DNA from: Paragordius varius
Lineage: Eukaryota; Animalia; Nematomorpha
Assembly: GCA_964247055.1 (NCBI GenBank)
Contig: OZ176050.1
Location: 4,774,001 to 4,838,000, forward strand
Direction: 5' to 3'
DNA: 64,000 nucleotides
In this document: piece by piece, positions 1 to 13,505 of the stretch
How the letters are laid out: each line of letters begins with the position of its first letter
How positions within the stretch are numbered: position 1 is the first letter of the stretch
Program-made: the position numbers and the translations under genes
The notes under the pieces: model-generated
Seen by the model: the letters and a program-made list of their open reading frames with translations, nothing else
The model's database searches: none
Told to the model about the DNA's origin: nothing

Positions 1-1
1 T

Positions 2-3000
2 GCAGCAAAATTTGCAGTTGGAAACATTAACAACAATGATTACCATATAACACATATTAATAACGTTCCTGCCACGATCAAAAATTTGGAGAATGCGATA
101 ATTTATGAGGAACAACGGTTTACTACATCACAGCCAAATTATACGCTTAAATCTAAGCAATGGGTTGGCCTTTCCCATTATATTATGAATGTTAGTGCTT
201 GTAATATGGTAGGATGTTCACCAACATCGAAACCCAATAATTTTGTTACACCGATCAAAGGTATAGTATATAATAATTTCCTATAGATTATACGGTATAT
301 TTTATCGTGGAAAGTGTTGAAATTCTCATATAAATTTTTAATAATAAAATTTTTTATAACATTATTTCATATATGAATTTTAATTAAATGGGAATAAATT
401 TATATAGCGATTATTTTGAGTTGCTTAAGTAATTTTGCTGGGCATAAAAAAGTTATGCTGACGAATTTTTACCTTCATTCAATTTATTTGAATATGAATG
501 AATGACTGCTGAGTTAATATTTAACTTTTTGCTGGACTTCATGGACAAATTTTCTGTAGACTGATTTGTTTGAGGATAAATTGATTAGATTGGATATTGT
601 AAGGTGGGTGTCATCTGTTAATTGTTTTGACCATCTTTTTCTAGGTTTAATTCTAATCTCTATTATATATAACTTTTACAGTTCAAATTCACCTTGAACA
701 ATTCAAATTCGAACAATTCAAATTCACCCTCGAACAATTGAAATTCACCCTTGAACAATTCAAATTCACCCTAAAAATAAATTATGTGTTTTCGAACTAA
801 TATAATTCTATTAATATAAAACATATGTTTATGGTATAGTTTATTATTTTTAGTATTATTTTAATTTAAAACAAAATATTTTTTTTTGAAAAATATATAA
901 GTTATAGATAATTTTTAAACTTAAAAAACATATATTTTATTTGAGGGTGAATTTGAATTGAGGGTGAATTTGAATTGTTCGCGGGTGAATTTGAATTGTT
1001 CGAGGGTGAATTTGAATTGTTCAAGGGTGAATTATTGTTCAAGGGTGAATTTAAATTGTTTTAGGGTGAATTTGAATTGTAAATGATATATTTAAAAATA
1101 CATTTCAATCTTCAAAATTGTAATAAGTAAATTTTTATTATATTTCATAATTTTATATTATTCTAAACAGCCCCTTCAATGATTGCTATGCCCCAATATA
1201 TGCTACTAAATCAAACACATATAATGTTGAAATGGAAACCGCCACGGTTTCAAAGTGGAGAACTTTCCCATTTCGAAATTTTGGTAAACATTCTACTCTT
1301 TATTTTATTTTAGTTAAAATTTTAGGTAAAAGTTCAATTTGTATTTTTTAGGTATAGGTCAATACACTTTTTTATCCATACTAACATACACTTAAATACC
1401 CTACATAATAAATTAATGGATTTATAATGATTTCTTACGCCCGTATTTAATTAGGCGTATTTATAAATGAATGCCATACTATAATTTAAACTATAATTTA
1501 GGTATCAAAAGATGCCAAATTCTCTTCTTTATCTGATGAAACAATTTTGACGAATCGTACCCTTAAACCCGACATAAAAATTTATAAAACAGGCAATGAT
1601 AATTATGGATATGATCCAGTACTCAATATGTACACCTTTAATTTATCCATCGATTGTACCAAACTTTTTACCATGTTGGATAGGGTCGATTATTATGGTA
1701 TTACCGATAACAATAATATCATTAAAAATGGTTACACAAATATAACGTCTCTTCAACTCAATACCTCTCAAACTATTTCACCTTTGGTAAAAAAGCGTCA
1801 ACTAAATGTCCGTGAAATTACGACAAATATTATCAACATTTCTCAATCCTCATTTTTTGAGAAATTTCCAAATAATATTACAGACGTGCAATCACCACGA
1901 ACGAAGCATGAATCGCCAAAAATATTTAATAATTACACAATGTCTGCGTTTGATCTAAGAGACTTGAATAATTTTTCCAATTATTTCGTAGCAGTACGGG
2001 CCGTAGTTAAAGATCCCAATAATCCTCATGTAGGACTTCGTAAAGGTCCCTTCAGTCCACCCAAAGTCATTTCCAACGCTTGTTTTCAAAGTACGTTATA
2101 TTACGTATAATCTTTCCCTATATTTTTTTGGCATTTTTTAATTGAAAGAATGTGGACTTAAAATGATAAAACATTCATATTTAAAAAATAATTTATATGT
2201 GCATGAAAATGAAATGTTTTTTTATTATAATATGTATGTTATGGGTCAAAAGTATTTTTTTAATTTTTGTTATTCATATACTAAATTCAACTATATCATT
2301 TTTAATGATTTTTTTAACATCCAGTATTTTCATTGATGAAAACCAATGCTTTACCAACTATCGTTCATGCACGTCGTACTTATGTCATTTTGGGTGGTTT
2401 AGTATGCGCCCTATTGTTGATTCTCATGATGTATTTCACCGTTTTCCGGAAAAGGTATTATATACGTCAAATATGAAGAAAAGTTATATACAATTGTTAC
2501 AATCCAATATCGCGGTATTCATTCTTTGAAATATGTTCAAAAAGATATTAGAGATGATATAATTTTAATACGATATATGAACCTACCCAACTTTAACTTA
2601 ATTGATTCCCATTAAGAATACCGATTGTTGCATTGTATGTTTGGTTTATATTACTCGAATATGTATATGCGAAAATGATAATTATTATAAATAGACGTCA
2701 GTTGATTGATTGGGTAAGGAGTTTTGAATTAAAAGCTAATGTACCGTGGGAAGAAGGTGATTATGAGAAATTTCTAGCACAACGCAGCATGCCATCGTTT
2801 TTTGGACATCAGGGTACTCGATTTGAAGTTATCACTGATATCGATGCGGTAGAAATATTTTTTTCTATATTTTAAATGTTTTTTTTGGTTATATAATTTT
2901 TTATGATCAAATTTTAGTTTAGCTCTATATTAAAATTTAATTATATAGCAGATAAAAAACGGAAAAAATTAAAGACAAATATTTTTTTGATGACAATCAT

Positions 3001-5261
3001 ACTTTTTGAACCATAATTTTTCCGACATCAATTTTAAATAGAAACAATTTATCTCCCCTATTAGCCATACCAAAATGATAAAACAAGATTTTAATATTTT
3101 TTTAAAAAAAACTAAGTCTGTATAACTTGAATTTTCACTGTATCTCATGTTTGATGAATCCCTTTTTACTTTTTCTGGAAATCGTCAGATTCAAAAAACT
3201 CAAAATTTTAAAACTTATATCGTTTTCTAGTACATTGCCAAAAGTAAGGCCGAAGCAAAAAAGCGTCAAGAAATGGATTTATTGCGGAATGATAAAAATA
3301 TGTCACCAGATATCCCCTTAAAAAATTTAGACAATGAATTAATGGAACTACCAAAAAAGATGGAATCAGAAAACAAAACAGTTTTAAGCGACAATGAAAA
3401 AGTCTACACAATTAACAGTATAAGATTAAAATTAAATTTTTATCATAAATCATACATTGTTGAAAAATAAGTTAAGAATTTATCAGTATGTTTAATTCTC
3501 TTTAATGTTGCCATGATAAAAATTTAAATTTATACAAAGACTGCTAATATTAACCCAAAAAACTTATTTTTTCAATAAAATATACTTTTATCAGGTGATG
3601 CAGCGAGTTTGACGTCTTTGGAATCGCATGAAGCACCAAATTATTTAAATTATTTGGCCACACCTTTCCAGGATTTAGGTACGATTAAAATATTAAATCA
3701 TATAACTATAACAGTTTATCATATACTGTATTTAAAGGATTCAAGTTTTTTGAATTTACAACTATTTTTTTTTAAGTCTCATCAAAACAAATGTCTTAAT
3801 CTAATGAAAAGCATATCCAAAAGTGTGTTGCATGTTTGTCAGATATATATGTGTAAAATATTGTTTTTTTTTAGAAATGGAAAATGGTGGGAACACAACA
3901 CAGTTTGATCACAATTTTTATATGCCCTTGTCACAAAGGTTAATTTAATCATATAATCATAAGGATTGTTTTATAAAAATTTCAATATGATTGATAAAAT
4001 TTTTGCTTCAGTCCAATAACACTGCGGCAAAAATAGAGGTTAACAAATAATATTATGGAGCTAAATACTACCATCCAATGGCAAATTTTCTCCAATACAT
4101 AATATGAAAATGTTTTTGTGGTTACAAATATATAAAATTGGTTTTTATTTTTTGATCATAAAATATATATTTTGATCATAAAAATATAATAATTTTCTAA
4201 ATTTGAGGTCTAAAAGGTTTTAATTTGCATCGAAAATTGTTGAAAAACCTTTCAAAATTCCTAACTGATTTTTAAATTCAAATATTTTATGTTTTTTCTG
4301 GAATTTTCTCTAAATTCCCAAAAAATAATAACCCTTTTCTAAGTATTTTGACTCACAAAAATATTTTTTTTATAATCTAGAGAAATTTGTTATCGAATGG
4401 TATAAAGCACTATAACATTTATTTTTGGATGCGCAACTATTGACATAAGGATAATATAATAGTTTTTCTTTATAAAAACTAGGCGACTTAAATACGTTTT
4501 TACGCTATCAAAAAAGTATATTACTGAATATACTTTCAGTCTTAAAAAACTTTTTTGTCAATCAAAGCTTTTTTTCTATTCAATCCGAACGTTTTCCCTC
4601 AATTAAAACAATTTTCTTGTCGAATAAAGAAGTTGTTTTGAATGAATGGGAGTTTAGGAAAGGCCTATAGATATTTCTTTTATTGATGTTTCATTCGTTT
4701 TTTTTCTTTTTAAGACGTTCCTCCGATCAATCAAATGATTCGTGTTACCCTTATGAACAATCAAATAATTCTTCAAAATTTACATCCGATTTGTATTTTC
4801 GTCCCAAAACACCCTTGACCCAGGATCAATTAAATACTGTCATTACTAATAAAATTATTCAACAAGATGAAAATACGAAAGCAAAACCACAAAGCTCTTC
4901 TCAGCATCAACCATATCAAAATCCATACAACTATGAATACAGTGATTATGGATCATGTACTAACCCACAAACTCTGGTGCCAAAAACAGATTCCTCGCTA
5001 AATAAAACTGAGCAGCCTAAATTAAAAAACACATGCAACATTCTGGAAGAATCTAATTTACACCATTATACCAGTGATCAAGGAACCTATAATTGCAATC
5101 CTTATTATATGGACAATCATGGAGAACTAATCAAATTTGCTAATACCGACGCGGAAAATAATAAAAAGAGTCACATAACGAAAAATACATTAAATATTGA
5201 TAGAAAAAGGTATGATGACCCATCAATCACCCTTGATAAAAGTGATTATGTCGATCTCTAG
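2..5261 (+). CDS. FN3-repeat single-pass transmembrane receptor, 5' end outside the window, no kinase or phosphatase domain. Exons: <2-260, 1171-1283, 1502-2090, 2325-2454, 2695-2848, 3231-3417, 3595-3678, 3875-3938, 4715-5261
   Basis: FN3 hallmarks: YIMNVSACNMVGCS, MLKWKPPRFQSGELSHFEI, NYFVAVRAVV. TM helix in exon 2325-2454: YVILGGLVCALLLILMMYFTVF followed by RKRRQ. All 8 introns are GT-AG with matching phases. The ~345-aa Tyr/Asn/Ser-rich tail ends DYVDL*. Confidence 0.8.
679..1079. mobile_element. Foldback-like MITE with TA target duplication and subterminal ~21-bp tandem repeats in inverted orientation
   Basis: TA|CAGTTCAAATTCACC ... GGTGAATTTGAATTG|TA. The left arm has about 5 units of AACAATTCAAATTCACCCT(C/T)G and the right arm about 7 reverse-complement units. 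It lies in the first visible intron of the FN3 gene. Confidence 0.8.
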
Positions 5262-5645
5262 ATTGTTTTAATGATTTTACCAATTAGCCATGACGTTTAA
5301 AAAGTATGGGAACGCAAAAGTCCATTGGATTTCATCCGATAATCATTTGTTCAAATTTGATGAAAGAAAGAAATTAGTTGTTCAATTTTTATCTTAGCAG
5401 CTAAAATCAAATAAATGAATAATCAAAATTTTTATTTAGTGATTTTTATTTGCAACAAATCATGTAAATTAATTTACAATATATTTTTATATAAACCCTT
5501 ATATCAATGGCCAACATTACAATCGAACATAACAAAGTTGATATTTATATTTTTTATATAGTTTGAGAAGTTTTATTTATATATTTAATATCATGTAAAA
5601 TAAATTATAAAAATATTTATTTGTTTGTTTGTTAGCATAAAAATG

Positions 5646-7262
5646 TCAAATTATTTGTGAGATAAATTGTTTTATCATTTTCCGTGTTTTTGTGATCCTT
5701 TGTTTATGTTGGCTATCATCAGTCGGTCGATTCATTACGGCACAAAATATCGTTGGGCAGCAATCAGGAACTGTTTTATCTGTGTGTTCTTCTACCGTAC
5801 AAAATGGATCATTCACATACTTTTCAACATCATCGCATCTAACGTTCGTTTGTAATTTTATATTTTTAAAGTTTCTCTTTCAATATAATAATAGTAAAAA
5901 TAAATAAATTAAAAACTTTTTGAAAAGGAAAAAATCTTCGTGACATTAGGAGCTTTAAAATTTTCCATTATATATAAAAATGGTGAGTTATAAATATAAA
6001 AATCAAAAAATAATTGATAAAGTAATTATGTAACTCTTTCGATATATTATAATAATAATAAATTAAAACTTTTTGAAAAGGAAAAAATCTTCGTGACATT
6101 AGTAGCTTTGAAATTGTCTATTATATACAAAAATGGTGATTAATAAATATAAAAATTAAAAAAAATGATAAAATAATTATGTAAATAAAACGGAAAGTTT
6201 TTGGGGTGTCTAAATAGGCGATTAGGGATCACATTAATCGGTTGCTATAATAAATTTGTGTAAATTTATTAAAATTATGTTTAAAGGAGTTTTATGTCTT
6301 ATTACAACCTTATTATGATGGCTCGAAATTTGAGTTTTTTCTCATTTATGTATATCACTTTTTTGAAAATTTTAAAATGACGCTTTTTAACATTAATTGT
6401 AAATATTTTTTGGACTCTTACATCTCATTTAATTAAAAATATTTTTCAGGAACAGGGAATACTCAAGAGTAATTCTTATGTTTCAAAATTCTTAAATTTG
6501 GTCTCTTTAAACATTTTGCGGATAATTTATTGAAAAGGAAGACTTTTGGTTTCATTTCAAGTTACTAGGTCCATTTAAATTAATAACAAAGCATGTGTTC
6601 GGCTCTAAAATTTGACACTCGTCCTATAACTGTATCCCTTTCATTTCACCAAAAATTAAATACAAAATTTCCATAAATTTTACCTCCAATAAAATTCCAA
6701 AAAGTATATATTTTAAGTGAGTTTTAAAAATTAGTTATATCTGTATAATATACATAGAAGAACATGACAAGACGTACACTCCATTCACATTTTTGCATTC
6801 ACAAAGGGCACACTCATCTTTTGGTTGGATTATATAATCGGGCTCCATATCGATAATGTAACCATTTCGTATAACATGACAACCTTTTAAATATTATTGG
6901 AAATTCTGTAATATATACTATACTATATATGAAAAGAAATTAATTTAAAAATATATGATAATAATCTAAAAATATTTTCGGGCTACTTGACGGCACGCAT
7001 AGAGCTCTAATATAATATTTATATATAACAAATTAGTATTTATATGATCGGTACTATAAAACTAAACTAAATTAGGTTATTACCCTAATTTCGACTTATA
7101 ATACTAAATTAATTTTTAAGAAAAAATCCATGATAAATTAGTTTAAATAAAAATTAAAGTACAACCTTCCTTTGCATCGTTGAATCCAATGAACATATCG
7201 GTAGGGATACACAATAAACACATCACAAATACATAATAAAATATAATTTGTCCAAAAAACAT
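5646..7262 (-). CDS. Small secreted single von Willebrand factor type C domain protein (SVWC/Vago-like), 139 aa. Exons: 7262-7166, 6883-6754, 5838-5646
   Basis: Not in the ORF track. Spliced product: MFFGQIIFYYVFVMCLLCIPTDMFIGFNDAKEGCHVIRNGYIIDMEPDYIIQPKDECALCECKNVNGVYVLSCSSICDDVEKYVNDPFCTVEEHTDKTVPDCCPTIFCAVMNRPTDDSQHKQRITKTRKMIKQFISQII*. It has a hydrophobic N-terminus, a VWC-type 10-Cys pattern including CxxCxC and PDCCP, and phase-consistent GT-AG introns (420 nt total). Confidence 0.85.
5903..6185. repeat. Imperfect direct tandem duplication (~155-bp period) in SVWC intron 2
   Basis: AATTAAAA(A)CTTTTTGAAAAGGAAAAAATCTTCGTGACATTAG... occurs at ~5907 and ~6061 with scattered mismatches. 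Confidence 0.85.
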
Positions 7263-8837
7263 GAATGTCAATATAAAATTATTATATTTTTCTGATATTA
7301 ACTTTAAGCGTTTCAATTTTATATTATAATAATTTATAAATAATAGTGTTTATCAACAATCAAATCGGTTAGATTTAAGTTTTAAAAAGGATATTTTGTG
7401 TCCAGAACACACGTAAAGGTATTAATTGCACAACACATATTGTTGTTATTAATCTCTTAAAATTAATATTTTGGCAAATACCATTATTTTTATAAGGTTT
7501 TCTAATAAGAAAAATATATTAAATTAAGCCGCCGTTTCTTAATTATATTTTATTTTAGATTATATGGTTTACTTTTTGTGATATCCCTTTATTTATACCA
7601 TTACTCACACTGGACACCCCTTATAATCACCCCGAGTCGAAAAACTGGCTCAATATCGGCATCAGGATTCCTTTTATAAAAACTTAAAATTGATTTGATT
7701 ACAAAAAAATTTTCAATTGCATGTAATATTTATATTCCATAAAATTTAATTAAAAACATTAAAAATCAAATTTTATTTTTTTATTGTTTTGGCACATTAT
7801 GAGGTCGCCATGTTTATACTAAACTTTAATCAATAATGACCTAAAAACAAGGACCATCCAAAAATCAGAAATATAAAAATTTTTTTGTAATAAGCTCATT
7901 AGTATATAGATTAAGATGAGGTAATCATAGGGCTAGTTTCGCTTATGTCTAAAAATATATCTAAGATAATCAGTGAGATGTTTTAATATAATATCTCGGA
8001 GCCTTGGTTTACAATAGTGAGCAATAGAGGGAAAAAATGACTCTTTTGAGTCTACCCACGAGAGCATTAGTATCATCACATCATTGGTAATTTAGTTTCT
8101 AAGATTTTAAAATAGTATATTGGCATTAAGAGATACAAAGGGTATCCTCAATGGTTAATTTGAAATAGTTATAAGGCACATTGTAGTTAAATTATTTAAA
8201 ATATTTTTTTTGATTAACCATACGACTATCGAGACAAATATGGACAAACATTACACTGTTTAACAAATGATCGATATATAATATTTAACATGATAACATT
8301 TAAATATAAATGATCCAATCGATATGTGAAAACCCCAAGTCAAATAGTTGTGTCGTACTGATGAGTGCTAACAAGCACGAAACTGGTTTGCGAATATTGA
8401 AAGGGTTTCATATATCGTTTATAATTTCTGTTAATAATTATCTTTCTATTAATTTTCTATTTAATCTTCGATTATCATTATATTATTTTACAACAGTTAT
8501 TACAAAACATAATCAATCCGTCATTTACCATTAACTTGGATTACATTTGAGTATACTACATGATTACGCATAAAACTTTGCCTTATTTCATAATTATAAT
8601 TCAACAAAAGTTGTGCCTATAGTTTAGCGCGCCTTAGAAACCCTTGTTCAAATTGTAATATAAATCCTAATCACCAATATTATGTCACTTTTAATGCAGT
8701 ACATCACATCGTAAGTTTTTCACTGATTTCGGTACTTTTTTTAATAAAAACGGGTTAATTAATTTTAAAGTTAATTTTTAAGAAAGTTTAGTTATCTAAT
8801 TTACACATATTTGGTTCAGCTGCTTCTTATTTTATTT

Positions 8838-8845
<8 letters not shown>

Positions 8846-8877
<32 letters not shown>

Positions 8878-9250
8878 GATAAAAATTTTATATCAAATCT
8901 AAGTTCACTTAAAATCAGAAAATAAAATTTAAAATAATATAAATTTTAGGGTGAAGAAACCTAAAATATAAATGCTGATGACATATTCACTTTATGGCAC
9001 TTAGGACTGTGAAACACTGGATATGAGTGATAAAAATTTAAATTTTTCCCTCATATTAAATTGTCAGAATATAATGAAGAATAGTATCACATTGTGTAGG
9101 TGAGCTAAATAAAAATTATTTTATGCCTTTTATTTATAGAAACGAAACCTGTCATGAGTAATATGACATTTCAGAAGTTTTTGGATATCCACTTAATAAT
9201 ACAAAATATAATTGCGCATATATATATATATATATATACATATATATTTA
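8846..9250. repeat. (TA)n microsatellites at ~8846-8873 and ~9217-9245 (others at ~37362-37382 and ~44366-44390)
   Basis: Direct reading of dinucleotide runs. Confidence 0.9.
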
Positions 9251-9419
9251 TATAATTACGAGGTAAAAAATTATCTTGTGCTAAATTTACATCTTAATTC
9301 AATTTTATCGTCAATGTTAGAAAATTATTATAGTATACCTACCTGCTTTCCATTTTATATAATTGATTAAATTGACACATTTGGTTTTATTCTTTGTCCC
9401 TACATATATCTATGATTCT

Positions 9420-12400
9420 ATGTTTGTAACTCAGTTAACTTTTATTATACTGATTTCAGTTTTAGACGTTTTTATGTGCTATTATTATGGGATCAATCAT
9501 AAAAACAATCAAATAAATAATTCTATTGTTGAAAATCAATTGGGAATGCCGAAAGGTTAGTTAAAATATTAATCATTTTAATCATTTCCCTGTAATTTAT
9601 AATAAATTTTAATTGAATAATTTATATTATAATATGGTTTTCCCAAAAAAATTTGTTATCAATTAACTAAAGAAAATATATTGCAAATTTTATTTTATTT
9701 AAGTATCGAATATTACTTGATTCACAGTAAATACTATGTGACAAAACTCTTTATTTAATTTTTGCAAGGCCACTTAAACAATTTCCTCACCGGCGTTTTT
9801 CAGTTTCATTTCAAAATTAATTAAAATTAAAGTTATTAAATTTTACCTAGGGCAACATTTAGTTTTATCAAAAGAACAAAAGAAATTTCAATTACCACTT
9901 ATTTTAGTGAAATTTTAAATTTATGTGGTAAATTTTTATGTTTGGACGACGCATGAAAGGAAGGACAAAAAAAATGTTATATTTAGCACCAAAATATACA
10001 AAAACATATACGAGAAAAGTCGTAAATCAAGATATGCGCTGCAATTGAGCATAATGACCCGCAAAATTCATATTTATTATTGCTACGAAATTTTTAATGG
10101 CTTTTTCAAACTAAAACAAGCATTATACTTAATAAGGTCTAAGCGGTACATTTTTATGCACCTATGATGTGTCATGGTCAATGTTGTGTGCTATATAAAG
10201 GATAAAACTTTTTGGTTTAATTTAATTAACATTATCGGATTAATACATTTAAATCAGCGCACCCAGAGCGAATCCAAAAATAATAAACATAATTTTTTTT
10301 GTTAACCAAAGCTATATTTTTATTTAAACAGTAATAAATGGAATTATACAGACAAAACGTTACAGCTAAGGGACATATTTTTTTGAAAAGACAACTAAAT
10401 TTATATATACCCTTATTTTTTTATATAACTTTTATAATTCAAATGTTTATAATTTACATTCTATTCCATATTTTGCAATGGAAAAAAAAATTTATATTAC
10501 GGAAAATAGTTGTTTTAGCATACTTTCCGAATTGGGCCCGTTGGAGATCTAAACCCTATGATTATGATATGGAGAGAATACCCGGTAATCATATAACCCA
10601 TTTGGTGTATGCATTTCTCAGCACAGATGAAAAAGGGAATTTGCACAATGCCGAATCGGGTATTTTATTTAAAAATACTTTATATTAAAGGGCAACAATG
10701 TGCTTTTAAGTAATCAGTTGCCTTGAACTTTAAAAAGTTATACTTTCTTATTTTATAAGATATGAGCGATTTTTGCATTTCAAGTGATTTAAAAATAACA
10801 TTTGGGATTCGTATAGAGCAATGTATTATTATTAATATTATATAATTAAATAATCAAGATTAAGTTCCTAAAAACGATATAATTTCGCACAGTTATTCGT
10901 AATTATTACATTCTATTAACTTTTATGACTAAAAAAATATTAAAAGATTTTATCGTTTTATGGTTTAATTGGCTTGAACATTTCTGAGTATTTTCATTCA
11001 TAAATAGAATCCGATTTTGATAATCTCTCAAAACTAAAAACGCGGTATCCCCATCTAAAAATTTTGATTAGCATCGGAGGTTACACCTATTCCCATTTTT
11101 TCAAGTATAATATTTTATTTATTTGCTTAACTTTAACCAAAGTAAGATGGTTCAAAAAACGACATCCATGTTAAACTTTGTTGAACAGTGTGTCGAATTG
11201 CTCAATCATTACAATTTCGATGGGATTGATATAGATTGGGAATATCCATTGGGAAAATATCAAAAGCGTTATCTAAAACTTCTCCAGGTCGCAATTCTGC
11301 TAATTTTACCCTAAGCCTTTCAAATGCAAATTTTCAACGTTATTTTAATCATTTTTTTAGATCATACGGTTTGGTTTTGATGACAGTGACAGAAAATTAT
11401 TACTAACCACAGCTCTACCAGCGGGATTTCAAAATTTAATCCATTATAACATTCCTAAAATCAATAAGTATTCCGAAATATTTTAATAAAAACTTCGTTA
11501 AAACGGAATGATTTATATGAATTTATATCAATCAGATATGTTGATTTCATAAATGCTATGACATACAATTTTCATGGGAGTTGGGAAGATGTCACAGGGC
11601 ATAATTCACCTCTCTATAGCTCAGATAATCTCAATTCAGTAATAAAATATTTTTGGCCTTATATCTTTTTGAACATGTTCTATCATAGATTATTACGTAT
11701 CTGTTATATGTGTATGTTGTTCATATGAAGGTATCGGTAATTGAGTATTTGATCAAAAACGGAGCTGAAAAACACAAACTTTTAATGGGTATACCCTTTT
11801 ATGGGAGAACATTTTTCCTTAAAAATGACCAAGATTTGTTACCAGGATCACCAGCTTTCTATGGAGGGGCTGCACCTGGAAAATTTACCGGAGAAACAGG
11901 AATCCAATCTTTTTTCGAAGTATATTTATTAGTTTAGGTGAATTTTCGAGATATGCTTGTTTTTTAAATAAAGACTGACTTGGACAATTCTTGCGGAAGT
12001 ATTGTATATTTATTGGTCAAACTATCGGGATTGATTAGCATATTAATATATTATTATGGCTTAAATGTTTGTGCGGCTTTTTATTTACTTTTATCAAAAG
12101 TCTTATTTTTTAATTTAACTGAAAAACAATGGGACCGAAATCAGAACCTTTATATGTTCTTGACCAAAACCATCGCTGGTCCTTTATCTAAATTATATGG
12201 ATCCTGAACAAACGGTTCCAATTCCAATCTTTGGATTTTTGTTTAAAGCTTCCTTATATTTTTAAAAATCCGTATAATTTTAAAGTTTTTGTATTTGTAT
12301 TGAAATGTTGTGCATATAATTCTATTTGTTCACCTAAAATAAAATATTTATTAATATTTTTATGTTGCGCAAAGTTTTCGTTTAAACTGGTTAAGATTTC

Positions 12401-13491
12401 GGGCCAGTCTCCCTATACATGCTACTAAACCTTATTTACGCTAAAGTCTTTTCATTGAGTTAGTTAACTTTATTATATGTATTTATTGTAAAATATTCAA
12501 AAAATTATATTCAGATCCTGGAGAATAAACCAAAAATTTTCTTTGACCAAAAAGCCAAAGTACCTTTTGGTGTACATAATCAAACTTGGTATAGCTTCGA
12601 AGATCCTGTTAGCATTTATCACAAGGTAACAAGCACACACACACACACATATTGTATATAATTATTTTAGATAAATTATGTTTGCGATACTGCCCTGGGT
12701 GGAATAATGATTTGGGAATTGTCGATGGATGATTTGCATTATACTTTGATTAATGCTGTCACCCAAACTCTGACTTGGTCAATTAGCTGCCGTAATAAAA
12801 ATGTGAATGAAACATTGTCTCGAATCTACGAGACGAAAATATCAAAATACTATGATAATTTTGATGCAGAAAATGTTCCAAAAATCAATGATGCAAATCT
12901 TCTTATGATAAATGTATCAAATGCGTTAGAGAATGTGATGGATATTAAACATCATAACAATGTTATCGATGAAAATGGGAATATAGACGGGTCTTCCCTG
13001 GATTTTGTTGACATCATACTCGACAATGCAGTAAATGCCAATGCTTTAGACGTTTTCAATAGAAACGATGTACTTTGGGATGAATTATCTGATACGGATT
13101 ATGAGGCATTAGACGCTAATATCACTCAAAATAATTCCATGCATTATGAAAATTTTGATTCTGCCGGAAAATTAACAAGCCGTGATGTCGAATCGATATG
13201 CCAAAAATTAAGTAATGAATCCATGACCCTTATCCCACATCCATTAGATTGTAGGTAAAAACATTTTTTTTCCTTTACACTTAGTGTTGGTATTTATAAA
13301 TTTTTAACTGTTTTTTTTGCCTTAGCAAATACATAGATTGCAAAGCACCAAAAGCGACCATCCTTCAGTGTCCAGATAAATTGTTATTCAATATACACAA
13401 ACGGTTTTGTGATTGGCACACATTCACCCCCTGCCGTGTTGATAAAATTTCCATGAGTTCAGACAAAGACACCAATAAAACTGTCACTTGA
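9420..13491 (+). CDS. Secreted GH18 chitinase with C-terminal CBM14 (peritrophin-A) domain, ~595 aa. Exons: 9420-9555, 10510-10659, 11008-11104, 11143-11287, 11361-11467, 11536-11638, 11731-11919, 12515-12625, 12671-13254, 13326-13491
   Basis: Motifs: [36 protein letters not shown] (DxDxE intact), [40 protein letters not shown]. An acidic Asn/Asp-rich linker leads to a six-Cys CBM14 ([26 protein letters not shown]). Summed exons are 1788 nt and in frame. The first (signal) exon is the least certain. Confidence 0.93.
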
Positions 13492-13505
13492 ATTTATGAA
13501 CTTTA

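Noticed and set aside
680-1080. Possible CRISPR-like array of ~21-bp repeats
   Set aside because: There are no unique spacers, the arrays are inverted around a core with a TA TSD, and the context is eukaryotic.
1547-5261. Insulin receptor or receptor tyrosine kinase call for the first gene
   Set aside because: The spliced cytoplasmic exons run to a stop at 5261 with no kinase motifs.
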